A program made the position numbers and the translations under genes. Shown here in pieces: positions 10,368 through 19,332 of a DNA stretch of 43,678 nt (position 1 is the first letter of the stretch; each line of letters begins with the position of its first letter). Source of the DNA: Pseudothermotoga sp. (GTDB lineage Bacteria > Thermotogota > Thermotogae > Thermotogales > DSM-5069); assembly GCA_041640575.1 (NCBI GenBank), contig JBEPZZ010000010.1:7519-51196 (forward strand). The letters run 5' to 3'. The notes beneath the pieces are model-generated. The model was not told the DNA's origin. It made no database searches and saw nothing but the letters and a program-made list of their open reading frames with translations.

Positions 10368-11282
10368 CTAGCACATCCTATAAAGATTTCTAATAGCTTG
10401 TTTGAAATCTTGTGGAAGCGGCGCGACAAACTGTAGAAATTTCCCACTTTTTGGGTGAAAAAAACCAAGCTTCGCGGCATGTAACATTTGACGGCTTATT
10501 CCTTCAAATTTTTCTTTACCATACAATGGATCACCAATTATTGGATGACCTATGAATTTCATATGTACTCTTATTTGATGGGTTCTGCCGGTCTTGGGAA
10601 AAACAGCAACTAAAGTTGCTACACATCCAAAACGTTTTAATACTTTGTAACTAGTAATAGCTTTCCTTCCGCTATCGGAAACAGTCATCTTAACACGATA
10701 CACTGGGTGTCTTGCCAAGGATACCTCTATTTCTCCGGTGTCTGTTGCCAAAATCCCTTGAACAAGGGCAAAGTACATTTTGAAGACCTTTCTATCCTTA
10801 AATTGTTTTGAAAGACTCTGGTGAGATATGTCATTTTTTGCAACCACTATTACTCCTGAAGTATCCTTATCAAGTCTATGAACTATACCAGGTCGCAATT
10901 CACCGCCAATTCCTTGCAGATCTTTGCAATGATGAAGAATCGCATTTACCAAAGTGCCAGTTGTATGAGAAGGAATCGGATGGACAATCATATTTGCGGG
11001 TTTATTCACAACAATTATATCGTTATCCTCGTAGAGTATATCAAGAGGTATCGGTTCCGGTTCTATGCTTTTAATTCTTAATGGTGATTCAGGTTGCTCG
11101 ACATATACAACATCTCCTGGCCTAACTTTGTAACTTGGTTTGGAAGTCTTCTGGTTAACTTTCACCTTTCCCTCTTTTATTGCTTTTTGGATAAAGCTTC
11201 TCGAAAATTTTTCAGATATTTTGGTCAACAAAAATAGGTCCAGCCTCTGGTTCGCCTCATTTTTGCTGACCTTGAATTCCAT
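10368..11282 (-). CDS. rluD: RluA/RluD-family pseudouridine synthase with S4 domain
   Basis: RLD...SRS S4 domain, VNKP, HRLDKDTSG, TGRTHQIRVH, QMLHA. Confidence 0.9.
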   Translation of the reverse strand: MEFKVSKNEANQRLDLFLLTKISEKFSRSFIQKAIKEGKVKVNQKTSKPSYKVRPGDVVYVEQPESPLRIKSIEPEPIPLDILYEDNDIIVVNKPANMIVHPIPSHTTGTLVNAILHHCKDLQGIGGELRPGIVHRLDKDTSGVIVVAKNDISHQSLSKQFKDRKVFKMYFALVQGILATDTGEIEVSLARHPVYRVKMTVSDSGRKAITSYKVLKRFGCVATLVAVFPKTGRTHQIRVHMKFIGHPIIGDPLYGKEKFEGISRQMLHAAKLGFFHPKSGKFLQFVAPLPQDFKQAIRNLYRMC

Positions 11283-11700
11283 CTTTCTCTCCTCTTAACA
11301 GGCTGATGATTACAAGAAATCCACCGATAGTTATGAAAACATCGGCAAGATTGAAGACAGCCGGAAAGAACTTAAGATTTATGAAATCTACGACGTAACC
11401 GAGTCTAATTCTGTCTACAAAGTTATTGCCAAGAGATCCTGCCACTATCATTTCAAGACCAATTTTTGTGAGTCTTTTCACTCTTAAAGTGTAGGGTATC
11501 ATGGCGATACCAACAGTTACAGCCAAAATTACCCAAGTTATCCAAGGAGATTTTGAAAACATTCCGAATGCCACACCAGTGTTTCTCGTGTACGTCAGCC
11601 AAAGATAACCTGGTATTAAAAACACAGGCCGAGTTAAATATCTTTCCACAAAGGTTTTTGAAATTTGATCCATCAAGAGAATAAGAGTTATCCAAAGCAC
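11257..11700 (-). CDS. lspA: Lipoprotein signal peptidase
   Basis: DQISK, NTGVAFG, GN..DR..GYVVDFI, FNLAD; four hydrophobic segments. Confidence 0.95.
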   Translation of the reverse strand: MLWITLILLMDQISKTFVERYLTRPVFLIPGYLWLTYTRNTGVAFGMFSKSPWITWVILAVTVGIAMIPYTLRVKRLTKIGLEMIVAGSLGNNFVDRIRLGYVVDFINLKFFPAVFNLADVFITIGGFLVIISLLRGEKDGIQGQQK

Positions 11701-12516
11701 TTATCTCACCCTCTGATAAATAAAAGGTGAAGCAATTTTCAAACCTAGTTCGTCGTAGTTAAATATTCTTTCCGTACTACCAACAAAGAGATAGCCACCT
11801 ATTCGTAAAGCTTTACTAAAATTCTTATAGAGTATATCTTTTGCCGACTGTTCAAAGTATATGACAACGTTTCTACAAATTATCAAATCGAGAGATTCTG
11901 GAAATGGGTCTTGGAGAAGGTTATGTTTTTTGAATTGTAGCCTTTTCTTGACTTCGTCTTTAATCCTGTACTCCCCATCAACAATCTCGAAATATTTATC
12001 TATGTAGACTTTTGGGGTACTGATCATTGATCTTGATTCATAGATACCTCTTTTTGCTTCTTCAAGAGCTTTGTCGTCGATATCTGTTGCAAGAACATAA
12101 GCTGTGGGTGGAGCCTTGAGTTCCTCCAACAGAATAGCCAACGAATAAGGTTCTTCACCACTCGCACAACCTGCACTCCAAGCTTTGAACCTTCCCTTAC
12201 TGAAAGCCAAGAGTTCAGGAAGAAATTTGTCTCTGAGTTCCCACCATTTTTCTGGATTTCTGAAAAATTCAGTTACGTTTATTGTCAATCTGTCAAAAAA
12301 TTCGTCTTTAACTTTTGGATCTGACAAGAGTAATTTTAGATACTCTCTGTAAGAATCCAGTTTGTACTTTCTTATAAGTATCTCTATTCTTCTCTTTACT
12401 CTATGAGGTTTGTAGCCAGAAAGATCAAGGTTAAAGTATCGATGAATCTCTTTTCGAAACCATTCAAATTCTTCTATAGGAAGCTCACCAGAAAATTGGA
12501 AAGGAGAATCCTGCAT
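11701..12516 (-). CDS. cheR: Chemotaxis protein-glutamate methyltransferase
   Basis: [36 protein letters not shown]. Confidence 0.96.
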   Translation of the reverse strand: MQDSPFQFSGELPIEEFEWFRKEIHRYFNLDLSGYKPHRVKRRIEILIRKYKLDSYREYLKLLLSDPKVKDEFFDRLTINVTEFFRNPEKWWELRDKFLPELLAFSKGRFKAWSAGCASGEEPYSLAILLEELKAPPTAYVLATDIDDKALEEAKRGIYESRSMISTPKVYIDKYFEIVDGEYRIKDEVKKRLQFKKHNLLQDPFPESLDLIICRNVVIYFEQSAKDILYKNFSKALRIGGYLFVGSTERIFNYDELGLKIASPFIYQRVR

Positions 12517-13255
12517 ACCATTCCTCCCGCTCTAGCTTACAGATTAAGGCAAATTCTCCGATTTTTTTTCGAAATGACATACCGTTGTTCGTCAGTGTAA
12601 ACCATTCTTGATTCCCAACCCAAGAAATCCCAATATTAAAGTTATTCTCCAGGTATTCTGAGAAGAACACGAAATCGCGCTGTCCAAAGCTTATTCTAAG
12701 GCCTTTTTCAAGTATTGCTAACAGCTGAAAATTCGAGTATTCAAAGCTTACCCCATTTCCTTTACTGCTGACAAATGGTGCAACTGAAAAATTAGCTAAC
12801 TTAATTGGTACAGCAAGGTGGTAAGAACCGTCGCTCCCGATAGACAAAGCGAAAAAATTCAGCTTGAAAAAGAGTATATAGTTCTTGTCGAAGTATCCAC
12901 CAATAACTCCATCGAAAACCCAAGCACTCAGGGCATGTTCAGAAAAGTTCACGTTTGTAAACTGCAGTAAAAATGGTTCGGTTACTCCGTACCTTAGACC
13001 TGCCGAATCAAAAATAACCGACAAATCCCTAAGACTTTCCTCAGGCTTACTTAGGAAAGTATTCAAAACCAACATATTATCTTTTGCGTTTAGGGACAAA
13101 TCAAAATGCAATTTTGCTTTGACTTTCCAAAATTCGATCTCCGGCAAGAAACTTAAACCCAATCCTCCTGGGTTACCTACGGAAAAATTGAGGTTTACAA
13201 TTGCCGCCATGTATATGGCTGGAAGAACTAAGAAAAAGAGCGTAAACTTCTTCAT
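12485..13255 (-). CDS. Hypothetical exported protein, possible outer-membrane beta-barrel
   Basis: Signal peptide [17 protein letters not shown]; Phe/Gly-rich alternating strands; C-terminus [15 protein letters not shown] overlap with yebC. Confidence 0.7.
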   Translation of the reverse strand: MKKFTLFFLVLPAIYMAAIVNLNFSVGNPGGLGLSFLPEIEFWKVKAKLHFDLSLNAKDNMLVLNTFLSKPEESLRDLSVIFDSAGLRYGVTEPFLLQFTNVNFSEHALSAWVFDGVIGGYFDKNYILFFKLNFFALSIGSDGSYHLAVPIKLANFSVAPFVSSKGNGVSFEYSNFQLLAILEKGLRISFGQRDFVFFSEYLENNFNIGISWVGNQEWFTLTNNGMSFRKKIGEFALICKLEREEWYAGFSFPIFW

Positions 13256-14013
13256 TGATTCATCTGAGATAGTATTGCCTCCATTTCAGCATCGTCCATT
13301 TCAAAGTTCGAGTAAACTTCTTGTACATCATCCATATCTTCAAGTGCGTTGAGTAAAGCCAGGATTCTTTCAGCATCCTTACCTGTCACTTTGACCGTGT
13401 TCTTAGCTATGTAAGAAATGTTAGCCTCAACTTTGTAGTTGTTCTGTTCAAGCGCTTCTTTAACCTTAATCAAATTGTCAGCCGAAGTTATGACTCGAAC
13501 TGGATCGTCTGTGTCATCAATATCATCAGCTCCAGCATCGATTGCCAGCATCATGAATTCTTCAAGGTTTGCAATTTGTGATCTGGGTATTGTAATAACT
13601 CCCTTTCTTTCAAAAATCCAGCTAACTGCACCAAGATCAGCAAGACTACCACCATGTCTGCTAAGCACATGTCTAATTTCTTGAGCAGTTCTATTTTTGT
13701 TATCGGTCAAAGCTCTTATGTATAGAGCAACTCCTCCAGGAGCATATGCTTCATAAATTATTTCTTGGTAATCGGCGCCCTCGAGTTCGCCAGTACCTCT
13801 TTTGATAGCTTTTTCAATGTTATCTTTTGGCATGCTAGCTTCTTTTGCCCTTTCAATAGCCGTTCTAAGTCTGGGATTAGTATCTGGGTTTCCTCCTCCT
13901 TCTCTTGCTGCAACAATAAGTTCACGGATCAATTTTGTAAAGAGTTGTGATCTTTTTGCATCCTGGGCCATCTTCTTGTGTTTTATGTTTGCCCACTTGT
14001 TGTGACCAGACAT
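13252..14013 (-). CDS. yebC: YebC/PmpR (TACO1) family protein
   Basis: [33 protein letters not shown]. Confidence 0.95.
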   Translation of the reverse strand: MSGHNKWANIKHKKMAQDAKRSQLFTKLIRELIVAAREGGGNPDTNPRLRTAIERAKEASMPKDNIEKAIKRGTGELEGADYQEIIYEAYAPGGVALYIRALTDNKNRTAQEIRHVLSRHGGSLADLGAVSWIFERKGVITIPRSQIANLEEFMMLAIDAGADDIDDTDDPVRVITSADNLIKVKEALEQNNYKVEANISYIAKNTVKVTGKDAERILALLNALEDMDDVQEVYSNFEMDDAEMEAILSQMNQ

Positions 14014-14031
14014 CCTTTTTCCCTCCTAAAA

Positions 14032-15390
14032 TTAAGATTTTTCTCCGAGATATTTTACCACTGCAATAGTGGTATCATCATGCTGTGGTTCATTTTGTAC
14101 AAATTTGCGAAGTTCTTCGTATATTGTATCGGCAATTTTCTCAACAGAAGAATTTGTTACTGAGTTGAAAACCTGAATTAGCCTGTCCAAACCGTATTCC
14201 TCGTTGCTTTCATTTCTTGCTTCAATAACCCCATCTGTGTAGAGTAGAATTGTGTCACCTGGGTCTAACCTGATTTTGTGTGCGTGGTACTCAAAATCGG
14301 GTACAACCCCTAGAGGTAAGTCCTGAGCCACCAGCACCTCAACTTTGCCAGCATGTGAGAGCAAGACTGGATTATGACCGGCATTCACAATCTCAATTTC
14401 CCCAGAACTACTAAGGCAACAAAGAGCCATTGTTACAAACCTATCTTCCTCAAGATCTTCGCACATGATATTATTTAGTTTCATCGCAAGTTCGGAGATA
14501 CTCGCCTGACTCGATGCAAGTGTTCTCAACGCACTTCTAAGTGATGTCATCAACAAAGCTGCGGGTACTCCTTTTCCTGAGACGTCTGCAATACAAAACA
14601 TGAATTTGTTTCCGCGCGTCACAAAGTCATAATAATCTCCTCCAACTTGAATTGCAGGTTCACTGTACGCACTTAGTTCTGCAAAGAAGATATTTGGAGA
14701 GCTTGATGGAAGCAAGCGTCTCTGGATTTGCCTAGCGATTTCAAGTTCTCTTTTCAATCTTTCTCTTTCAATCTCTTGCTTTAACCGTAGATTTCTTTCG
14801 CACACAGCTGCCAGTTGCTGAGCTGTAGATTCAAGAATTTTTCTATCGACAGCAGTGAAAATGCCGCTTTTCTTTTCAATAAGCGTAATCCTGCCCCAAA
14901 TGGATTTCATACCTTTGATTGGGACAGATAACAAGTTGGATATCACAGGATCTCTGTCCGATGGTTCTAGAAGTAGAACCTCGTCGTTTAATTTTGATGT
15001 CAGCTGTCTTCCATAGTCAAAGATTTCTTCGGAGACATCAATCCTTTGCTCGAAGCAAACGTTTTCTTCCGGAAGTTTTAGTGTTACTGTAATACCGCCA
15101 AATGAAATTGTTTGAAAGAGAAGTTCACTCATTTCTGAAAGCTTTTCTTTCGGATCTACGACGCTGGAAAAAAGGTTGTTCAACTCAAATAAAGTGCTTA
15201 TTTCTTGATAAGTTCTCGAGAGTTCTTCCAAATAGTCTTCTATCATCTTCGAGCGCGCGGCCCTATCCATTTCTATTTCTTTCATAAACGCATCAAGCAA
15301 TTTGAGAATCTCGCGTGTATTTATGAGTTTATTGTTTGAATCTCTTAGCAATGTTGATAACTGATTGTGAAGCTCGCTCAAATCAGTCAC
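14032..15390 (-). CDS. GAF plus PP2C (SpoIIE/RsbU-type) serine phosphatase
   Basis: ELEIARQIQ, VGGDYYD, IADVSGKG, NAGH, YTDG, DDTT; N-terminal coiled coil and GAF-like segment. Confidence 0.9.
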   Translation of the reverse strand: MTDLSELHNQLSTLLRDSNNKLINTREILKLLDAFMKEIEMDRAARSKMIEDYLEELSRTYQEISTLFELNNLFSSVVDPKEKLSEMSELLFQTISFGGITVTLKLPEENVCFEQRIDVSEEIFDYGRQLTSKLNDEVLLLEPSDRDPVISNLLSVPIKGMKSIWGRITLIEKKSGIFTAVDRKILESTAQQLAAVCERNLRLKQEIERERLKRELEIARQIQRRLLPSSSPNIFFAELSAYSEPAIQVGGDYYDFVTRGNKFMFCIADVSGKGVPAALLMTSLRSALRTLASSQASISELAMKLNNIMCEDLEEDRFVTMALCCLSSSGEIEIVNAGHNPVLLSHAGKVEVLVAQDLPLGVVPDFEYHAHKIRLDPGDTILLYTDGVIEARNESNEEYGLDRLIQVFNSVTNSSVEKIADTIYEELRKFVQNEPQHDDTTIAVVKYLGEKS

Positions 15391-15752
15391 TTACCGATCA
15401 CTCTCCGGACTTCTTCAATCAGTTTCAGAGGGCTAAAAGGTTTTGTCAGAAATCCGTTTGCCCCCAGACTGATTGCAGTTCTCGGGTCTTCCTCACCACC
15501 CTTGGCGGTCAAAATTATGATAGGTGTTGAGTCAAAGCTAGAGTCTGACCTCAATCTTTTTAGTGCTTCAAATCCGTCCATTTGTGGCATCATTACGTCA
15601 AGAATTATTACATCAGGCTTTATCTTTTCTGCAACTTGTAGTGCTTCGATTCCGTTAGTAGCCTCAAAGACCTGATAACCTTCTTTCTGGAGATTGAAAC
15701 TCACTATTTTTCTAAGTACATCAGAGTCATCAACAACCAAGACCTTTTTCAT
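15387..15752 (-). CDS. Single-domain response regulator (receiver)
   Basis: KVLVVDD, LDVMMP, LTA, KPF; 121 aa with no output domain. Confidence 0.93.
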   Translation of the reverse strand: MKKVLVVDDSDVLRKIVSFNLQKEGYQVFEATNGIEALQVAEKIKPDVIILDVMMPQMDGFEALKRLRSDSSFDSTPIIILTAKGGEEDPRTAISLGANGFLTKPFSPLKLIEEVRRVIGK

Positions 15753-16371
15753 AACTTTTACCCTCCAGAAGCAGTTTCAACGGCACGTTATCGTAGCACA
15801 AAGCTTCCACCCGTTGAATAACCAAAACCGATGGTTCTTTTTTCAGAAGTGGTTCGTACAAATAGGACGGATGAAGTGTCCTATCTCGCATCTGGTTGTA
15901 CTCCAAAGCAATTATTCGATCAAATTTTTTGAAAGACAGTAACATGAAAAAGTCTTTGAGTAATCCAAGTTTCTTACCAACCTCTACCTTTGATTTTTCA
16001 TCGTATCGAGAAATATCGATCGATTCCTCATCTAAGAGTATCCTATACTTGTAGCCAGTTACAACTCTGTTTGGATCCAGATCAGTTACCCACACATCAG
16101 TTGGATAAAGTTGCGTAAGCGCGGTTTGTCTTAAATTATCTATTAGAGTATCGCTGAATTCTTCCACGCAGACCCTGACATATAAGGCTAGATTTATGAC
16201 ACCAGTAGGTGTTGGATCAAGATACGAAACCTTTGGCTTTTTATGGAAGCCTTGTGTAAAAACCATTTTTAAACCAGATCTGCGCAAATGTCTCTCTATA
16301 GCATTAGCTGTTTCAATAGCTGATAGAAATCGTAAGAGTCCGTATTTCTTGTACTTGATCACTACATACAT
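15730..16371 (-). CDS. Radical SAM-linked protein (DUF2344/TIGR03936-like)
   Basis: KYKKYGLLRFLSA...LRRSGL...FTQGFHKKPKVSY matches the family N-terminus. The start is uncertain (16371-16428). Confidence 0.75.
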   Translation of the reverse strand: MYVVIKYKKYGLLRFLSAIETANAIERHLRRSGLKMVFTQGFHKKPKVSYLDPTPTGVINLALYVRVCVEEFSDTLIDNLRQTALTQLYPTDVWVTDLDPNRVVTGYKYRILLDEESIDISRYDEKSKVEVGKKLGLLKDFFMLLSFKKFDRIIALEYNQMRDRTLHPSYLYEPLLKKEPSVLVIQRVEALCYDNVPLKLLLEGKSYEKGLGC

Positions 16372-16466
16372 AAGTACATATCTCAAACTCCTACCATTTT
16401 GGCAAGATTTTCCGACCCTTTTATCCACTTCAAACCTTAATGCATGCTACCTTTCACCTTGCTACA

Positions 16467-16494
16467 ATTATATAACAGTTCTCAATACACTGAA
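16467..16494 (-). promoter_or_regulatory. Candidate promoter of the minus-strand operon ending in dnaE
   Basis: TTCAGT-16 nt-TATAAT (-10 at 16467-16472). A second TGnTATAAT lies near 16577-16585 on the same strand. Confidence 0.45.
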
Positions 16495-16904
16495 CTTTTC
16501 CTGATTATAAGCATTATTCTCAGTTCAAACATCTATGCTTAATGTGGAAAGTGGTGATTCTTGAAGAACAAACCAAATTATATCACATACTTGAAGTTTA
16601 AATTTTCAAGCAGATTGCATCTTGTTGTTAAGATCAAAAAGAAACGATTTCTCCGTTCTTTCAGCAAGGATAGTTGTGTTTGGTTCCGGTTTGCCGTATT
16701 AAAGTAAGGAAAAACTTTCATTTGTGGCATATACTGATATATTATTCAGGTTTAATACTAATTCTACGAGTTCATAGTGTCGGTCATTATGGTGAAAAAA
16801 GCCAGCTAAGTTCAGTTCAAGTAGATGCAGTGTTTTTAGTTTGTAGTACAAAAAACAGATCAACAAGTTCAATGAGTGTGCTGAAAGAGATTTTAGCTAA
16901 GCAT

Positions 16905-16934
16905 TTCAATCGTTCAATCATATTGAACTATAAT
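16905..16934 (+). promoter_or_regulatory. Promoter of the HD-hydrolase gene, with a palindrome in the spacer
   Basis: TATAAT at 16929-16934 is preceded directly by GTTCAAT-cat-ATTGAAC (16912-16928); SD GAGGTGA follows. Confidence 0.6.
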
Positions 16935-16953
16935 ATTAAAGAGGTGAAATTAT

Positions 16954-18456
16954 ATGTATTACAAAGTGTCAAGAGATCCTGTCCACTCTGAAATATATCT
17001 TTTTCCTCTTGAAATCTTGGCGATTGACACAAGACCTGTTCAACGTCTTAGAAGCTTATCACAGTTGGTTGGAGCCGAGCTAGTATACCCAGGTGCCAGT
17101 CACACAAGATTTGCTCATTCTCTAGGTGTCATGCATATAGCTGGCATCTATGCCAATCGCTTGTATAAGGATCAATCCAAGATCAGGATAGTGCGTCTTG
17201 CTGGTTTGCTTCACGATATTGGTCATGGACCGTTCAGTCACCAGTTTGACGATGTTGTTTACAAGAGGATGCAAATAAAAGAAGGTCATGATGAACATAG
17301 AGAAAGATTGCTTTTAGAGCTGATGCCTAAAGAGCTGATGGAATCATTTTTGCGAATATCAGATCCAAGAATGAAAGAAGCAGTGATTCAGGATCTGCAA
17401 CTCACTTTGAAAACTGACAAAATTTCCGAGGAAACTTTTCTGTTACTCATGCAGGAAGTCAATAAGCTTTTCGTAGGCGAACTGAGTGGCTCCGTGGAAT
17501 TCAACGTTGTACAAGGTCCATTGGGTGCAGATAGATTGGATTTCCTACTAAGAGACTCTTACTACAGTGGAACCAGTGACTTTGGGGTCAGTGCTGTTGA
17601 CCGTTTAATAAGAAACTGCTATATCAAGAACATTGGTCAGAAAGAAATTCTTTGCTACGATGTTAAAGTTCTGGATCAAATATACACGAGTTTATTCAAC
17701 AGATTTATGATGTACAAGAATATTTATTTTCATAAGACATCGAGGGCCGCAGATTTGATGATACAGGAAATTCTTTCACTAGTTTATAAGCCACTCAGGT
17801 TGGAAGAAAAGGTTAAAGATCTTTCCAAATTTCTTGATTTAACGGATCAATCCATTATAAATTTGATAATCTTTGAGTTCAATAAGCTCCTTGAAAAGTA
17901 CAACTGTGATGAATTATCTATTCTGAGCGGTAGAGTAAATCTGGATTTTAACGAGCATGAACTTGTGAAAGCTTACAAATTGGTGCGTAGGTATCAAAAA
18001 AGAGATCTCTGGAAAGTAGTAGTCGAAGTGGTTTTCTCCACCCAGGGTATTGATCCATCAATTGCATGTGCGGGGATTGTCAATGATACTTTGGCTAGAA
18101 TTAGAGAGAGAACACAAAATATTTTGCTTAAAACTCGGGATTTGCCAGAAGAAGATAAAAAAAATCTAGCAAGAATTCTCGATAATTTCGACGAAATATT
18201 CAAAGCCGATACACCGTACAAGCTTTCACTTGTTCACCCAGAAGAATTTTTGAAGAGTAGCGTGTATTTGTACGACTCAAAAAAAGACGAGATAATTTCC
18301 TTTGAAGACTATATGAAGCGCTATCCTGCCTACAAAATAATGGAAAACAACCTCCTTCAGATTGTTAGAATCTATGCTACTGAAGACGTTAGAGAAATTC
18401 TCAAAAGATACAATATAATTCCAAGTACAACGCTTGAATTAACCACAAGATGGTAG
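16954..18456 (+). CDS. HD-domain phosphohydrolase (YwfO/SAMHD1-like)
   Basis: RDPVH, QRLR..SQL, HTRFAHSLG, LLHDIGHGPFSH, DRLDFLLRDS, IYFHK. Confidence 0.9.
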   Translation: MYYKVSRDPVHSEIYLFPLEILAIDTRPVQRLRSLSQLVGAELVYPGASHTRFAHSLGVMHIAGIYANRLYKDQSKIRIVRLAGLLHDIGHGPFSHQFDDVVYKRMQIKEGHDEHRERLLLELMPKELMESFLRISDPRMKEAVIQDLQLTLKTDKISEETFLLLMQEVNKLFVGELSGSVEFNVVQGPLGADRLDFLLRDSYYSGTSDFGVSAVDRLIRNCYIKNIGQKEILCYDVKVLDQIYTSLFNRFMMYKNIYFHKTSRAADLMIQEILSLVYKPLRLEEKVKDLSKFLDLTDQSIINLIIFEFNKLLEKYNCDELSILSGRVNLDFNEHELVKAYKLVRRYQKRDLWKVVVEVVFSTQGIDPSIACAGIVNDTLARIRERTQNILLKTRDLPEEDKKNLARILDNFDEIFKADTPYKLSLVHPEEFLKSSVYLYDSKKDEIISFEDYMKRYPAYKIMENNLLQIVRIYATEDVREILKRYNIIPSTTLELTTRW

Positions 18457-19332
18457 CTAGCCGAGAAATTCAACATTGCCTGTCGAGGCTACTTTTTCTT
18501 TTAACGATTCTTTCAAAGAAAGTACAGCCACCTCGATTTGCGAATCGTCTGGAATGGCTGTGGTAAGCTTTTGGAGAGCCAGGCCTGGCATTGTAAGAAT
18601 TCTCATTAATTTTGAGTCTTGAGAGGAGATTCTTAAGATTTCGTAGGAAACAGTGAGTACGACCGGTAGCATGACAAGTCTAATGACAATTCTCCAGATC
18701 AAATCGTTTTGTTTTATCGAACCAAAGATGCTGAGAATGATAACTGAGATCAAAAGTACAATCATGAGAAAACTCGTTCCGCACCTTGGATGGATCGTAC
18801 TGTATTTTCTAATATTTTCGACGGTAAGCTCTTCTCCAGCTTCGTAAGCGTTAATACACATATGTTCTGCCCCGTGGTATTGAAAAAGTTTCTTCACGTC
18901 TTTAACGAATGAAATTATGTATATGTAAAGAAGAAAGAACAATATTCGGATCATGCCTTCAACCAGTGAGAAAAGAAATTCATGGTTTTTCAGAGCATCT
19001 ACCAGGTTTGTTACTAAGGTTGGTAAGATAACGAATAAGCCTACTGCAAGACCAACTGCTAAAGCGAGAGACCAAAACATCTCTGACTTTTTCATTTTTT
19101 GCCCGGAGGTTATTTCGGCTGATCTATTGAGTGCATAGATGCCGTAATAAAGCGAATAAAAAACTGAGATCAACCCTCTTACAAACGGAAGCTTAAAGAA
19201 CTTGGAGTTGGCAGGTGTTGTACTGGATATTTCTTCGATCACAACCTTCCCTTCAGTATCTCTAACTGCAATTACCACTCTTTTTCCCATCATTAGCACT
19301 CCTTCTATTATTGCTTGACCTCCTACTTTCAC
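18457..19332 (-). CDS. DUF1385 family membrane protein
   Basis: VGGQAIIEGVLM, FQYHGAEH, HPRCGTSF, LQKLTT..PDD.Q.EVA. Confidence 0.9.
   Translation of the reverse strand: MKVGGQAIIEGVLMMGKRVVIAVRDTEGKVVIEEISSTTPANSKFFKLPFVRGLISVFYSLYYGIYALNRSAEITSGQKMKKSEMFWSLALAVGLAVGLFVILPTLVTNLVDALKNHEFLFSLVEGMIRILFFLLYIYIISFVKDVKKLFQYHGAEHMCINAYEAGEELTVENIRKYSTIHPRCGTSFLMIVLLISVIILSIFGSIKQNDLIWRIVIRLVMLPVVLTVSYEILRISSQDSKLMRILTMPGLALQKLTTAIPDDSQIEVAVLSLKESLKEKVASTGNVEFLG

Noticed and set aside
12885..13352. 155-aa + strand ORF and other antisense ORFs (for example 24558-25082, 24985-25458)
   Set aside because: These are shadows of well-supported genes on the opposite strand and have no motifs of their own.
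16674..16991. 105-aa ORF (and a 48-codon basic ORF at 16561-16707) in the intergenic region
   Set aside because: There is no well-spaced SD and no recognisable motif, and the longer ORF runs over the HD gene promoter and start.
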